Shown piece by piece: positions 40,840 to 50,545 of a stretch of DNA of 64,000 bases. A program made the position numbers and the translations under genes. Source of the DNA: a bacterium. Lineage in GTDB: Bacteria; Bacillota; Clostridia; Lachnospirales; Lachnospiraceae. The DNA is taken from assembly GCA_037301995.1 (NCBI GenBank), contig JAXVOW010000302.1, positions 8 through 64,007 on the forward strand, written 5' to 3'. The notes under the pieces are model-generated. The model saw nothing but the letters and a program-made list of their open reading frames with translations. It was not told where the DNA came from and made no database searches. Numbering within the stretch: position 1 is the stretch's first letter; each line of letters begins with the position of its first letter.

Positions 40840-40868
40840 AGTATAACGCATGTTTCAAGGGATTGCAA
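40840..40868 (-). promoter_or_regulatory. Putative sigma-A promoter of the S10 operon, giving a ~240-nt leader
   Basis: On the minus strand, TTGCAA (40868-40863), a 17-nt spacer, then TATACT (40845-40840). Confidence 0.5.
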
Positions 40869-40915
40869 GACCTTTTTCAATTAAATTGTACTTTTTTTCG
40901 TACAATTTTGAGTCA

Positions 40916-40986
40916 CGCAATTTCTCATCAAGATATAGTGTGGAAGCTTGCTTACACATACTATAATCTTGATGAGAAATTATGCG
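40916..40986. other. Long imperfect hairpin (~26-bp stem) upstream of the S10 promoter
   Basis: Arms cgcaatttctcatcaagatatagtgtg / cacatactataatcttgatgagaaattatgcg. A 9-bp hairpin aaattgtac/gtacaattt lies next to it at 40883-40908. Confidence 0.6.
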
Positions 40987-41292
40987 ACGAATGTCGCGAC
41001 CAAGATGGAGCGAAGCGGAATCGAGGTTAAAGTGACTCAATAACGTATATCATTCGTGAGTCAGGTTTGCTTACTCACATACAAGTTCTTGGGTTTGGAT
41101 ATTCATGTGGCGACACACATTTTACACTTAGCGAGGTTCGCATGGCGTACTCGTATATTATTCATCTTCTTTTATGTTTCCTATGTGCTTCATAAACAAA
41201 TATAAAGCTATATAAATGCTCACAAATACTGGTATGGTAATTGCTACTGTAATTTATTTTCATGCTGTATTCTCTCCACAACTCCAAATTTA

Positions 41293-42000
41293 TCATTTTA
41301 TTTTAACATAAATTCCAACAAAACAAGTATATGGCTTGATTAGAGCTTCAAAGTATTGTTTATCAGCATCAGCATATTCGTGATTCGTAGCAAACCACTC
41401 ATTCCATGCATTGCTAAAGCAATCCATCTCCCATACTTTTATCGTTTCGATTCTGTCGCTATTTCCGATTATCTTTTTCCATTGGCTTGCACTCTTGAAC
41501 ATATAGGCTTCATCACCAAGCCACTCAGAGAGTAATTCTTCCGAGTGACCGCTATATTCATTTTTAATACCTGGAATGCCAATCAATACCACGGACTTAT
41601 TTTTAAGAAATGGCAAAATCTTATTTTCAAAAAAGTTGATTTTACCTGCAAAGTAATGATAAGAGTCTATACTGACCAATGCATCAAATTGATTATGGGA
41701 AAAATTCAATTCATTCGCATCCTCACAGATAGGAATAATTTGTTCTCCGACACCCCATTGTTCAAAACGCTTTGCATTGTCCTCTGCGCGAATCCAAAGG
41801 TCATTTGCAAAGACCTTTGCACCAGTTTCTTTTGCAATAATAAGGCTCGTCAAGCCTGTCCCGCACCCTAAATCAAGAACTTTATCTTTTCCTGTAAGGT
41901 GTAAAGGGTACTTCGTGAATAATTCCTCTAAAATCCTTGCACTATTGGGTCCCATCATTGTTTCCGCAGAAAAATACATTGAATAATCGTTAATGTTCAT
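41293..42000 (-). CDS. Class I SAM-dependent methyltransferase
   Basis: Motif I VLDLGCGTGLTS; post-I FANDL. Confidence 0.8.
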   Translation of the reverse strand: MNINDYSMYFSAETMMGPNSARILEELFTKYPLHLTGKDKVLDLGCGTGLTSLIIAKETGAKVFANDLWIRAEDNAKRFEQWGVGEQIIPICEDANELNFSHNQFDALVSIDSYHYFAGKINFFENKILPFLKNKSVVLIGIPGIKNEYSGHSEELLSEWLGDEAYMFKSASQWKKIIGNSDRIETIKVWEMDCFSNAWNEWFATNHEYADADKQYFEALIKPYTCFVGIYVKIK

Positions 42001-42158
42001 ACATTTACTCCCTCAAATTCCGATTATCGAACTCTTGCAGTTCATTTTCCTAAGTATATGATAATTTCAGTTATTTTCGCATCAATAACATACAGCATTC
42101 ATACGTCAAATATGCTCACATAGAAATCTATGCCGGTATGTCCTGCCCGTAAACACTC

Positions 42159-42503
42159 CTAACTATCAGCCGCTTTATTTTTCCTCTTTTTCATTACGCA
42201 TGCAACAGCATGTACAATCCATGCTATAACTACCCCAAGTACCAACTCGACAAGAAGTGCAAAAAATATTCCCCAAAGCACTACAAGCCCCAAGGGGTCT
42301 AATATACTGTCTATATAAAATCCAAAAAAGCCCCCTCCCTGTATACTCTTATAGTACTCCATTCCGAAAGCCACTGCAAATACTATAATACAAACAACCG
42401 GAAGAAATTTTAATATTTTTCTCTTCGCCCTTATACACAACATTTGTATAAGGCAGCTGATACCAATGACCAAAGCTGTTATAAGCATACACAAAAAATT
42501 CAA
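42159..42503 (-). CDS. Small hypothetical membrane protein
   Basis: About 3 predicted TM segments. Start is TTG at 42503, or the ATG at 42488. Confidence 0.45.
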   Translation of the reverse strand: MNFLCMLITALVIGISCLIQMLCIRAKRKILKFLPVVCIIVFAVAFGMEYYKSIQGGGFFGFYIDSILDPLGLVVLWGIFFALLVELVLGVVIAWIVHAVACVMKKRKNKAADS

Positions 42504-42560
42504 CAGTCATCCTCTCCCGCCTGAACATCAATTTCTTCCGTATACATATCAACATTTATC

Positions 42561-43109
42561 TCAACCACAGCTTGCAATCCCTCTTACTACTACTTCAAAA
42601 TACCAAACCGCATAAAAACATACTAATTGTAAATATAACAATGCCCATATTCCTCCTCGTATCATGGCATTTTTGTCACGTAATGCAATTCCTCGTATAA
42701 CCAGATAAACCAAGCGAAGACAAAACCAGCTTGCACCAATAAGCAGCAGCTGCCACGGCTCTACCACATCAACAAGCTTTGCAAAATCATACAGACAAGT
42801 AATACACACCACTATATTTAATACCAGCACCACCCAGCGAACTACGCTTTCTATTCTATATGCTGTTGAATAATCAAGCCATTGTTCTAAATCTATAGAC
42901 CCATCCATAAGCATTATCTTGAGATATCTTGTTACAAATAACAGCATCCATGCCGCAAGAATAATACATTCTCTGCGTCTGGCTTCTTTCCATGCAGCTG
43001 CCTTTAACAGCTTTGCCTCCTCCTTTTTTTTCTGCTTAATCTCCTGTCGCCTTTTAATCTCGGCGATTTGCGGGTCAATATACATTTCCTGTTCTATTTC
43101 AAAATCCAT
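42561..43109 (-). CDS. Hypothetical membrane protein with charged N-terminal helix
   Basis: 182 aa. KKKEEAKLLKAAAWKEARRR is followed by about 4 hydrophobic segments. Confidence 0.5.
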   Translation of the reverse strand: MDFEIEQEMYIDPQIAEIKRRQEIKQKKKEEAKLLKAAAWKEARRRECIILAAWMLLFVTRYLKIMLMDGSIDLEQWLDYSTAYRIESVVRWVVLVLNIVVCITCLYDFAKLVDVVEPWQLLLIGASWFCLRLVYLVIRGIALRDKNAMIRGGIWALLYLQLVCFYAVWYFEVVVRGIASCG

Positions 43110-43305
43110 TTATCATGCACCTCCCTTTGAATTTGCTCTTATCTTAACAAAGGAAGATGATGTTTCCTATATGTCATTTGTCACATTTTATTTAAACCGG
43201 CGTGACATTTGTCACTCCCAAAAATTTGCCGGATTATACCTTTTTAAAAATCAAATAAAAAACAAAAGCTATGCCGCCCTCCCCCGAAAATCTGCAGCTA
43301 TAAGC

Positions 43306-43638
43306 TTATTCCCTTATAAATGCGGTATCTGTTGCAGGAACTCCGCTTTCATCAGACACATACCGTTCCACTCTCATATGCAGGTCATATTTTTCCCGCA
43401 GCTCCGTAATTTTTGTCATCATTGGTGATGCATGGTGCGCATCAATTGAGGACTGGTCTTTCCAGCTGTCAATTAAAAGCACTGTTTCCTTATCTTCCAT
43501 TGGGAAAAAGTACTCATACCTGAGATTTCCTTCTTCTGCGCGAATGTCACTGACAATTCCACTTGAAACCATTTCTTCCGCAAACTTCTTCGCATTTCCA
43601 TTCATGCCACTGTAATAGATATTTACTGTAATAGCCAT
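43306..43638 (-). CDS. ABM-fold (antibiotic biosynthesis monooxygenase-like) protein
   Basis: 110 aa. Pattern EEGNLRYEYF....LLIDSWKDQSSIDAHHASPMM is typical of ABM/dimeric alpha-beta barrel proteins. Confidence 0.65.
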   Translation of the reverse strand: MAITVNIYYSGMNGNAKKFAEEMVSSGIVSDIRAEEGNLRYEYFFPMEDKETVLLIDSWKDQSSIDAHHASPMMTKITELREKYDLHMRVERYVSDESGVPATDTAFIRE

Positions 43639-43707
43639 ATGCTTACCTCCTACAAATCCTGTTTCTTCTGGTTACCTGTAGCATAATTATAACTCCAAAC
43701 AATTACC

Positions 43708-46014
43708 TTAATTCCGAGTATCTTCCTTTCTCTCCAAATAAATCACACCGAGCTGATAGTAGCCCTGCATCGCCACCTGGTCCATATTATCCATCACTTC
43801 ATTTACAATTGTCTGGAATCCCTCATCCGTCAAGGTTATTTCCGTGCGGAGCACCGCTTTGTTGCCAAGTGATAATTCCTTTTCAAGAGCCTCTGCAATC
43901 ATATCTGTTTCGTAATACTGTCCAGCCAGATGATAATATTCAAATTCATCAGTGTCAGCTGAGTACTGTCCCATACTCTCATCACAGAGATACCGGTTAT
44001 CCTCCTTTAGCATCAGTCCTGCCACCTCATCGGACACATTCAAAAAAACATTCTTCATATCCTGTCCATCATTGCTTGTCACATCCACCACACACCATTT
44101 TCCGTCAATCTTAACCTTGTTCCATGCGTGATTCTGATTTCCATTTAAGGTTCCGGTTACAACAATACTCTCAAGTCCCATTTCCTGTGCCAGCAATTTA
44201 AATGCACCGGCATACCCAAGACACACTCCCCTATGATTGATAAGCGCGCCATATGGTGTCATAGAATCGGTAAACGCTCCCTCTCCTGCCATGGACTGCT
44301 CCGCCGCCCCCACGTCATAGGCTACATTATCACACAGATAGGAATTGACAGCCAGCACCTTGTCCACATCCGACATACCTTCTTCTATAAGCTCTCCTGC
44401 CACAAATTTCACCTTTTCTATAAGCTCCCGCTGCTTTTCCGCTCTTTCTATGGCACTCTCTTCATAGGAAACAGACACCACTTCGCCAGATTGGGAAATG
44501 GTCAGCTGCTTCACCGCCGGAATAAGAGGATTTTGAAAATATGCCTCATAAAATGCATCCGTCAGCGCTTCTTCATCCGGTCTTTTCTCAATCTCCTCAA
44601 CAGTTATGGATTCCATTCCCTTCAGCAAACAGGAGGCAAGATACCGGCTCAGTTCTGTAGTTCCGTCCGGATTTTCTGCAAAATCCTTTCCACTTATCAC
44701 TGTCCTCCCATCTTCTTTTTCCCCAGCCTGCCCGGCTACCGCATTACTTTCCTCTTCCATCTCAGGCTTTACCGTAATCTTTACACCATTTAACATTCCC
44801 GCCATCTTACTTTTCAGTATGTTCTGGCGTTCCTGCAGTTTCTCCAAATCTTTCTGATAACCATTTCGGTCAAATTCTTCCACATAGAAAGTCCCTTCAA
44901 AATCCGTACCTTCAACCACATATGGAATTGCCAGTACTTCCTTCGGTTCTTCTTCCCAGTCAGTAATATTTACAAGCTCTGCCTCTTCGATGTTATAACG
45001 AATCAGATGCTGTGCCATCGTTCCATCACAAAGCTGAATCCACTGGTATCTCGACAATAAATCTATGCTCCTGGCGAATTTTGCAGAAAGATATTCCCCC
45101 TCGGCATCTTCCTTACAGTATGGCAGACGGTTTGCCATCTCCGACTTCGAAATCAAGTTACTTACCATAGACATTCCGTCTTTTCCGACGGCAATCACCC
45201 CATAGTAATATTCCCGGTTCTCTATATCATCCACTGTACAAAACTCCTGATTCATTATATCATAATCCGGCTCCGTTTCTGACTGCCAACTTGTATCCGT
45301 AGTTTCTGCAACAACATCACATTCCCGGTAAAAACCACTAATTGTATCCTCCTCCGTTAAATAAGTAGAGGAAATAACCAGATACCGTTCTGTATCCTCC
45401 ACAGGCTCCCAGGAAAGGGTTCCATTACCATATTCTGATATATCGAACCGGAAATTTTTCGGCGTATCCAGTTCCCCTGCTATCTCTATTTCTGTGATTT
45501 CTGGTTCTATAAGCTTCTCCCCAGTCTGTAAATCCAGCCATTTCACCAGATACATCTTCCCCAGATTACCCCAATCCTTATACTCCCCCTTTTCAAACAA
45601 ATAATAATCCGAATGTTCAAACTCATGCAGCAATGATTTACTGGCATAAACTGTAGACACATTTAAAAGTGGGTATTTCGGCGGTGACAGGGAAAGGGTT
45701 TTCTGTTCCTTATCCCAGTCATATTTGCAGTAAATCTTATTCCTAAGTGCCTTATCCTGATAAAGCTCCACTGCATTATCATAATACTCTATCCCAAGTG
45801 CCGCAAAATCCATCTCCGTCTCTAAGACAATGGTCTCGGAACGCCCATATCCCAAATCATCCTTCTCTGTCCCATCTGTTTCTGTTTCATTTCTGTTATT
45901 TTCCGTAGTCTGGTTATCCTTGTCTACGTTACCGTTTTCCGTTCCCGACAATCCGCATCCCGTTAACAGCAATACCAACAGCAACAGATAGCAGCCTTTT
46001 TGTATTCTTCCCAT
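43708..46014 (-). CDS. Large lipoprotein with C-terminal transglutaminase-like cysteine protease core
   Basis: Lipobox LLLTGCG. C-terminal GVCLGYAGAFKLLAQEMGLESIVVTGTL...NHAWNKVKIDGKWCVVDVT carries the Cys-His-Asp arrangement. Confidence 0.8.
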   Translation of the reverse strand: MGRIQKGCYLLLLVLLLTGCGLSGTENGNVDKDNQTTENNRNETETDGTEKDDLGYGRSETIVLETEMDFAALGIEYYDNAVELYQDKALRNKIYCKYDWDKEQKTLSLSPPKYPLLNVSTVYASKSLLHEFEHSDYYLFEKGEYKDWGNLGKMYLVKWLDLQTGEKLIEPEITEIEIAGELDTPKNFRFDISEYGNGTLSWEPVEDTERYLVISSTYLTEEDTISGFYRECDVVAETTDTSWQSETEPDYDIMNQEFCTVDDIENREYYYGVIAVGKDGMSMVSNLISKSEMANRLPYCKEDAEGEYLSAKFARSIDLLSRYQWIQLCDGTMAQHLIRYNIEEAELVNITDWEEEPKEVLAIPYVVEGTDFEGTFYVEEFDRNGYQKDLEKLQERQNILKSKMAGMLNGVKITVKPEMEEESNAVAGQAGEKEDGRTVISGKDFAENPDGTTELSRYLASCLLKGMESITVEEIEKRPDEEALTDAFYEAYFQNPLIPAVKQLTISQSGEVVSVSYEESAIERAEKQRELIEKVKFVAGELIEEGMSDVDKVLAVNSYLCDNVAYDVGAAEQSMAGEGAFTDSMTPYGALINHRGVCLGYAGAFKLLAQEMGLESIVVTGTLNGNQNHAWNKVKIDGKWCVVDVTSNDGQDMKNVFLNVSDEVAGLMLKEDNRYLCDESMGQYSADTDEFEYYHLAGQYYETDMIAEALEKELSLGNKAVLRTEITLTDEGFQTIVNEVMDNMDQVAMQGYYQLGVIYLERKEDTRN

Positions 46015-46019
46015 ATCCT

Positions 46020-46700
46020 TTATCTTTTTACTCCGTTTTCCCTGATTAAACCCTTGATATATGCTGTCATGTCTTTCTCCGTCACATTTTCACTTTCCAA
46101 ATAATAATGCACCTCCCCCAAATCAAATGCTGCATAAAGATGCTCTGTTTCACTATCCTCTAATTTCCCCAGAAAGACTTCTGTTCCCTTTATATATTGT
46201 GACTTAATCTGATATAAGAGTTGATTTCCTGCAATTTTTACAGTTCCTGTCTGCACCACAATGTTTCCCTCGCCGACTTTTACTTCCGTTTTTTCAGCAT
46301 TTTTATCAAACACATAAAAAAACGAAGAATCAAAGGCTAAATAGGAATTTCGTTTTTCTCCAAATTCCTCCTCTCTCTTGTCTATATAATCACTATCCTC
46401 ATCAGAGGAGAACTCCGTAATCAAATCAGGATATACAATCCGTGTGTTCCATTGCCATACGACACCTGCTATCAGGCAGAAAACAGCAAACGCCACCATT
46501 CCATACTGCCATTTTCTTCTACTCCGTTTTAAGGTGGCATCTGCATCCTTTAAAAAAGCCCTATTGTCTAAGCCATCTCCAGCCCCTAAGCCCTGTTCTT
46601 CCCCAGAAAGCATCTTTGCCTTGGAAATGGTTTCCGCAAGCAAATCCTCTGAAGGATGCTGTTTATTCATAAAAGTTTTATAATGCTGTTCCATCTCCAA
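46020..46700 (-). CDS. Putative anti-sigma factor (single-pass membrane protein)
   Basis: Overlaps the sigma gene's 3' end by 23 nt. One TM segment (YGMVAFAVFCLIAGVVWQW). Confidence 0.55.
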   Translation of the reverse strand: MEMEQHYKTFMNKQHPSEDLLAETISKAKMLSGEEQGLGAGDGLDNRAFLKDADATLKRSRRKWQYGMVAFAVFCLIAGVVWQWNTRIVYPDLITEFSSDEDSDYIDKREEEFGEKRNSYLAFDSSFFYVFDKNAEKTEVKVGEGNIVVQTGTVKIAGNQLLYQIKSQYIKGTEVFLGKLEDSETEHLYAAFDLGEVHYYLESENVTEKDMTAYIKGLIRENGVKR

Positions 46701-47184
46701 ACTCCTTCCCCAGCTTCTTGCCTAATAGTGCTCTTCCCCTGGCAAGCTGTGATTTAATGGTTCCTTCTTTTCTCCCCAGGCATTCACTGATTTCCTTAAT
46801 TGACAATTCCTCATAGTAATATAAATGCACAATTGCCAGATACTTCTCAGGCAGACTCTTTACTGCCGCATATACCTTCCATTCCAATTCTGACGGTTCA
46901 TCTCTCTCCTGTGCCACTAGGCTTTCCTCCATGGATACTGTCTGAAATTTTGCCATTTTCATCCTATGAGTTTTTCCACAGTTAATGGTAACCCGTATCA
47001 GCCAATTCCTAATATGTTCTCTGCTCTCTAACCGGTCGATATACCGCACAAGACGGAGAAAGACCTCTTGAAAAATATCTTCTGCATCCTCCTTCGTATT
47101 ACCATAAACCATGGCAATGCGATATACCATATCACTATATCCCTTTATTATCTGTTCCAGTTCAAATTCTTCGGTGTTTTTCAA
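46678..47184 (-). CDS. ECF-type RNA polymerase sigma-70 family factor
   Basis: DAEDIFQEVFLRLV (region 2). YYEELSIKEISECLGRKEGTIKSQLARGRALL (region 4). Confidence 0.85.
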   Translation of the reverse strand: MKNTEEFELEQIIKGYSDMVYRIAMVYGNTKEDAEDIFQEVFLRLVRYIDRLESREHIRNWLIRVTINCGKTHRMKMAKFQTVSMEESLVAQERDEPSELEWKVYAAVKSLPEKYLAIVHLYYYEELSIKEISECLGRKEGTIKSQLARGRALLGKKLGKEFGDGTAL

Positions 47185-47313
47185 TGTCGTTCTCCTGCTG
47201 TTTTTAGATTTTGTATTTCAAGTGTATCATTTACAGAAGAACTTTTCAATCACTTCAAAAAACTCCAACATTCACTTTAAATTCATGCCCTGCAGCACAA
47301 TAATCCGGCTTCA

Positions 47314-48042
47314 TCAAAAATCTTTATTGAGAATCTTAATATCTATCAGCTTATTCCCATCAAAAGTGAAACTAACTTCCTTTGAAGCATATTCCACTTC
47401 ATAAGTAGCAAATGCCATACCATCTGATTCCGAAAAATCTGTCGGCTCTCCATATGCCGCTTTCATATCTTCCACAGTAGATACATTTGACTGAATTCCT
47501 TTTGGCAAAACAAATGTCATATCATTACCAGAGTTATAATACAAATTAATCAGAATCCCTACAATTTTACATTCAGAGTAAGGTTGGGGATTCTCCGTTT
47601 CATTAACAATATTAACCTGTATATTGTAATCCCCTTTATTAAACGTTAAAACAGGATTATAAGTATACGCATCCAAATCTTCATTTACATCACCTTCAAA
47701 TTCCCAGCCATTTTCCAGCAACTCTTTCACATCCATCGGAATTTGATACAATTCTCCATTAATCAGAATCTGATAACTGTACAAATCATCTGATATTTCA
47801 CCGGCAGCAGCACCCTCTGTCTTAGCAGCTTCCGTTTCATTGCTTTCTGTACTTGCCTCTGTAACCTCTCCTTCATCTGTTGCTTCTGTTGTTGAAGCTT
47901 CTGCCACCTCTGTTTTGTCAACGTCACTTTCTTCCACTGGATTCATTACTCCATATGGCTCAACCTCACCGGATTTTCCACAGCCTGCCAGACAAAGCAG
48001 CATAAAAATAATGCAGCCCTTTACTAAATTTTTCTTTTTCAT
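47314..48042 (-). CDS. Hypothetical lipoprotein
   Basis: ORF 47314..48171. The start was moved to MKKKNLVKGCIIFMLLCLAGCG (ATG at 48042, RBS aaggagaa). An acidic Thr/Glu-rich linker follows. Confidence 0.65.
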   Translation of the reverse strand: MKKKNLVKGCIIFMLLCLAGCGKSGEVEPYGVMNPVEESDVDKTEVAEASTTEATDEGEVTEASTESNETEAAKTEGAAAGEISDDLYSYQILINGELYQIPMDVKELLENGWEFEGDVNEDLDAYTYNPVLTFNKGDYNIQVNIVNETENPQPYSECKIVGILINLYYNSGNDMTFVLPKGIQSNVSTVEDMKAAYGEPTDFSESDGMAFATYEVEYASKEVSFTFDGNKLIDIKILNKDF

Positions 48043-48113
48043 ATGCGTTCTCCTTTTCTTAAAAAATAATTTCACATATAAATACTCAGAAAATCTGTAA
48101 AAGGTTGCATTTT

Positions 48114-48791
48114 TTATTTTTTCTTCTGATTGTACCGTTTCAAAAGCTCCGCAATGTAATGGCCGATGCACACAAACAGACCCATAACTGCCGCATAATC
48201 CATCAGGAAAAATATCAGTGGTTCTTCAAAATCAAAGAATACAAACTGGATTTTCAGCAGCATATAGCTTCCAATATCCCGTTTTATAAAAGCAAATATG
48301 CCATACGTCGCAATTGCCAATGCCAGGATACGCAATATCCATGTGCGGACGCGAGACGGAGTTTTCACTAATTTTCCTGCCATCCCCATCATCATACTCC
48401 AATGGAGACCAAGATGGAGGGACATAAACGCAAAGCCCCAGTAGGAAGCGAGCATATGGAGACTTCTTGCAAAGGAGCGTCCACCGTTGATTGGAAGAAA
48501 TGAAAGGGCGTGCCGGGAGAGAATTACACCGCTGACCATAGAACCAACCATTGCAGCCAGCACCAGAAATACCAGTATGGTCTGCCATATCCTCATAGGA
48601 GTATAATTTCCCTTCCAGATATTTCTACTCCATTTCCCGTTTAAGATATGGTGGACAATGAACAGGATAAATATCCCAATTCCCAACCACTCATGAGCCG
48701 CCTGTCCAACCAGCTCATACGGCATAAGCAGCAATAAAGCAAGTGTCATGCCTATATCCACACATATTTTTGCAATTATTTTAGGTTTCAT
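48114..48791 (-). CDS. DUF4405-like polytopic membrane protein (conserved His; putative b-type cytochrome-like)
   Basis: ORF 48114..48830. The start was moved to MKPKIIAK (ATG at 48791, RBS agggagg). AHEWLGIGIFILFIVHHILNGKW and HMLASYWGFAFMSLHLGLHW. Confidence 0.7.
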   Translation of the reverse strand: MKPKIIAKICVDIGMTLALLLLMPYELVGQAAHEWLGIGIFILFIVHHILNGKWSRNIWKGNYTPMRIWQTILVFLVLAAMVGSMVSGVILSRHALSFLPINGGRSFARSLHMLASYWGFAFMSLHLGLHWSMMMGMAGKLVKTPSRVRTWILRILALAIATYGIFAFIKRDIGSYMLLKIQFVFFDFEEPLIFFLMDYAAVMGLFVCIGHYIAELLKRYNQKKK

Positions 48792-48805
48792 CCAGACCTC
48801 CCTAT

Positions 48806-49564
48806 CTAATAGCCAAGTCCGTTCAGCCATTCGGCGACATCCTCCGCCGCATCAGCCACCTCCCGCTCGCTGACCGTAAAGCCTTCGGTGATTACCGCAG
48901 CATCCGGCTCCAGCTCTTTTATCGTATCAATCGTACCGGAAAAGCGGCTCCCATTGTGAACATTAAACGGAATAATTGTCTTGCCGGAAAAATCATACTC
49001 ATCAAAAAAGCTGTACAGAGCCTGGGGCATATCGTACCACCATGTAGGAAAACCGATAAAAATGGTGTCATACTGATTTAGATTCTCAATCTGGCTGGTC
49101 AGCTCCGGACGGACATTTTCGTCCTGCTCCTCCGCCGCATAGTCAATCAATTCCCCTCCGTCTGCCGGATATACAATGGAAGTTTGAATAGAAAACAAAT
49201 CTCCGCCTGTATTTTCCTGAATCATATCCGCCACAGCGCGAAGCCGGCCCACCGCCGTCCCATTTATGGTTGTATAGCTGGCTGAGGAAACGGCATCCAC
49301 ACCACTGTTCTCCGCAGCTGTAAAATAAGCAATTAAAATCCTGCTACCTTCTTGTACCGCTCCGCTGTTATCCGATACAGTGTCCGTGGTTTCATTGTCT
49401 GTACCGCTATCCACAGTCTCTGTGGACAGCAGACTGCTTTCCTGCCCTTCTTCCGGTTGTGTGCCCTGTGCAGTATCTGTCCTGCCACAGGCGGCAAGGG
49501 TAAAGAGCATACCGGCCGTAAGCAGGCATATCAGAATGGGGGCCGTATAATTATGTTTTTTCAT
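48806..49564 (-). CDS. Exported flavodoxin-like (Flavodoxin_4-type) lipoprotein
   Basis: Lipobox FTLAACG. ILIAYFTAAENSG...YDTIFIGFPTWWYDMPQALYSFFDEYDFSGKTIIPFNVHNGS. Confidence 0.8.
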   Translation of the reverse strand: MKKHNYTAPILICLLTAGMLFTLAACGRTDTAQGTQPEEGQESSLLSTETVDSGTDNETTDTVSDNSGAVQEGSRILIAYFTAAENSGVDAVSSASYTTINGTAVGRLRAVADMIQENTGGDLFSIQTSIVYPADGGELIDYAAEEQDENVRPELTSQIENLNQYDTIFIGFPTWWYDMPQALYSFFDEYDFSGKTIIPFNVHNGSRFSGTIDTIKELEPDAAVITEGFTVSEREVADAAEDVAEWLNGLGY

Positions 49565-49590
49565 AAACATCTACCTCCAGTTTTTTGGTT

Positions 49591-50478
49591 TTACCAATTT
49601 TTCTTTTCCTTACTGCTGTCATGCTGTTTTTTGCGCTCTTCCACCATCTTTACGAACCACTCCACCATGTTCGGGTCATAATGGGAGAAGAATGCGCTTG
49701 TTTTTGTATCCAGCTTTGCAATGGCACCCATATCCTCGTCTGTCAGTGAAAAGTCAAAAACATCCAGATTCTGAATCATTCTTTCCTTGTGGGTTGACTT
49801 TGGAAGCACGATTACCCCTCTCTGGATATTCCAGCGGAGCATAACCTGTGCGGTTGTTTTGCCATATTTGTCCCCAATCTGCTTTAACACCTTGTTTTCA
49901 AAAAGTCCGCCACGGCCTTCCCCAAAAGGCGCCCATGCTTCATGGGCAATATGATACTTACCCATCCATTCGTTGTCTTCTGTGCGCTGGTTTAAGACAT
50001 GGGTCTCAATCTGGTTAATCATTGGTGGAATTCTCGTAAAAGACGCTAAATCCACCAGTCTGTCCGGGTAGAAGTTGGAAACGCCGATTGCACGCAGCTT
50101 CCCTTCGTCATACATATCCTCCAATGCCCGGTATGCACCATAATAATCATTGAACGGCTGGTGGAGCAGCATTAAATCCAGATAGTCTGTCTGAAGCTTC
50201 CGCAGGGACTCTTCAACGGATTTCCTGGTCTCTTCATATCCGTAATGCTCCACCCACACCTTGGAAGTCAGGAAAATCTCTTCCCGCGGAATACCGCTCT
50301 TTTTCATGGCAGAGCCCACCTCTTCCTCATTGAAATAAGACTGTGCGGTATCCAGGCTGCGGTATCCCACCTCCAGCGCATCCATCACACACCGCTCACA
50401 TTCATCCTTTGTTACCTGGTAAACGCCATAGCCAAGGATTGGCATTTTCACTCCATTTGATAATGTTACATATTCCAT
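49591..50478 (-). CDS. Aldo/keto reductase
   Basis: ORF 49591..50514. The start was moved to MEYVTLSNGVKMPILGYG (ATG at 50478). The AKR tetrad context is present: DTAQSYFNE, LTSKVW, LLHQP. Confidence 0.9.
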   Translation of the reverse strand: MEYVTLSNGVKMPILGYGVYQVTKDECERCVMDALEVGYRSLDTAQSYFNEEEVGSAMKKSGIPREEIFLTSKVWVEHYGYEETRKSVEESLRKLQTDYLDLMLLHQPFNDYYGAYRALEDMYDEGKLRAIGVSNFYPDRLVDLASFTRIPPMINQIETHVLNQRTEDNEWMGKYHIAHEAWAPFGEGRGGLFENKVLKQIGDKYGKTTAQVMLRWNIQRGVIVLPKSTHKERMIQNLDVFDFSLTDEDMGAIAKLDTKTSAFFSHYDPNMVEWFVKMVEERKKQHDSSKEKKNW

Positions 50479-50545
50479 AATGATTCCTCCATATTCTTTT
50501 ATAACTATAAGCACTTAAAACTGCATTTTAGCCGCTTACTATTTT

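Noticed and set aside
40855-41040. A 61-aa minus-strand ORF in the region upstream of rpsJ.
   Set aside because: It spans the predicted S10 promoter and both palindromic hairpins, has no RBS, and its reading frame comes from the inverted repeat.
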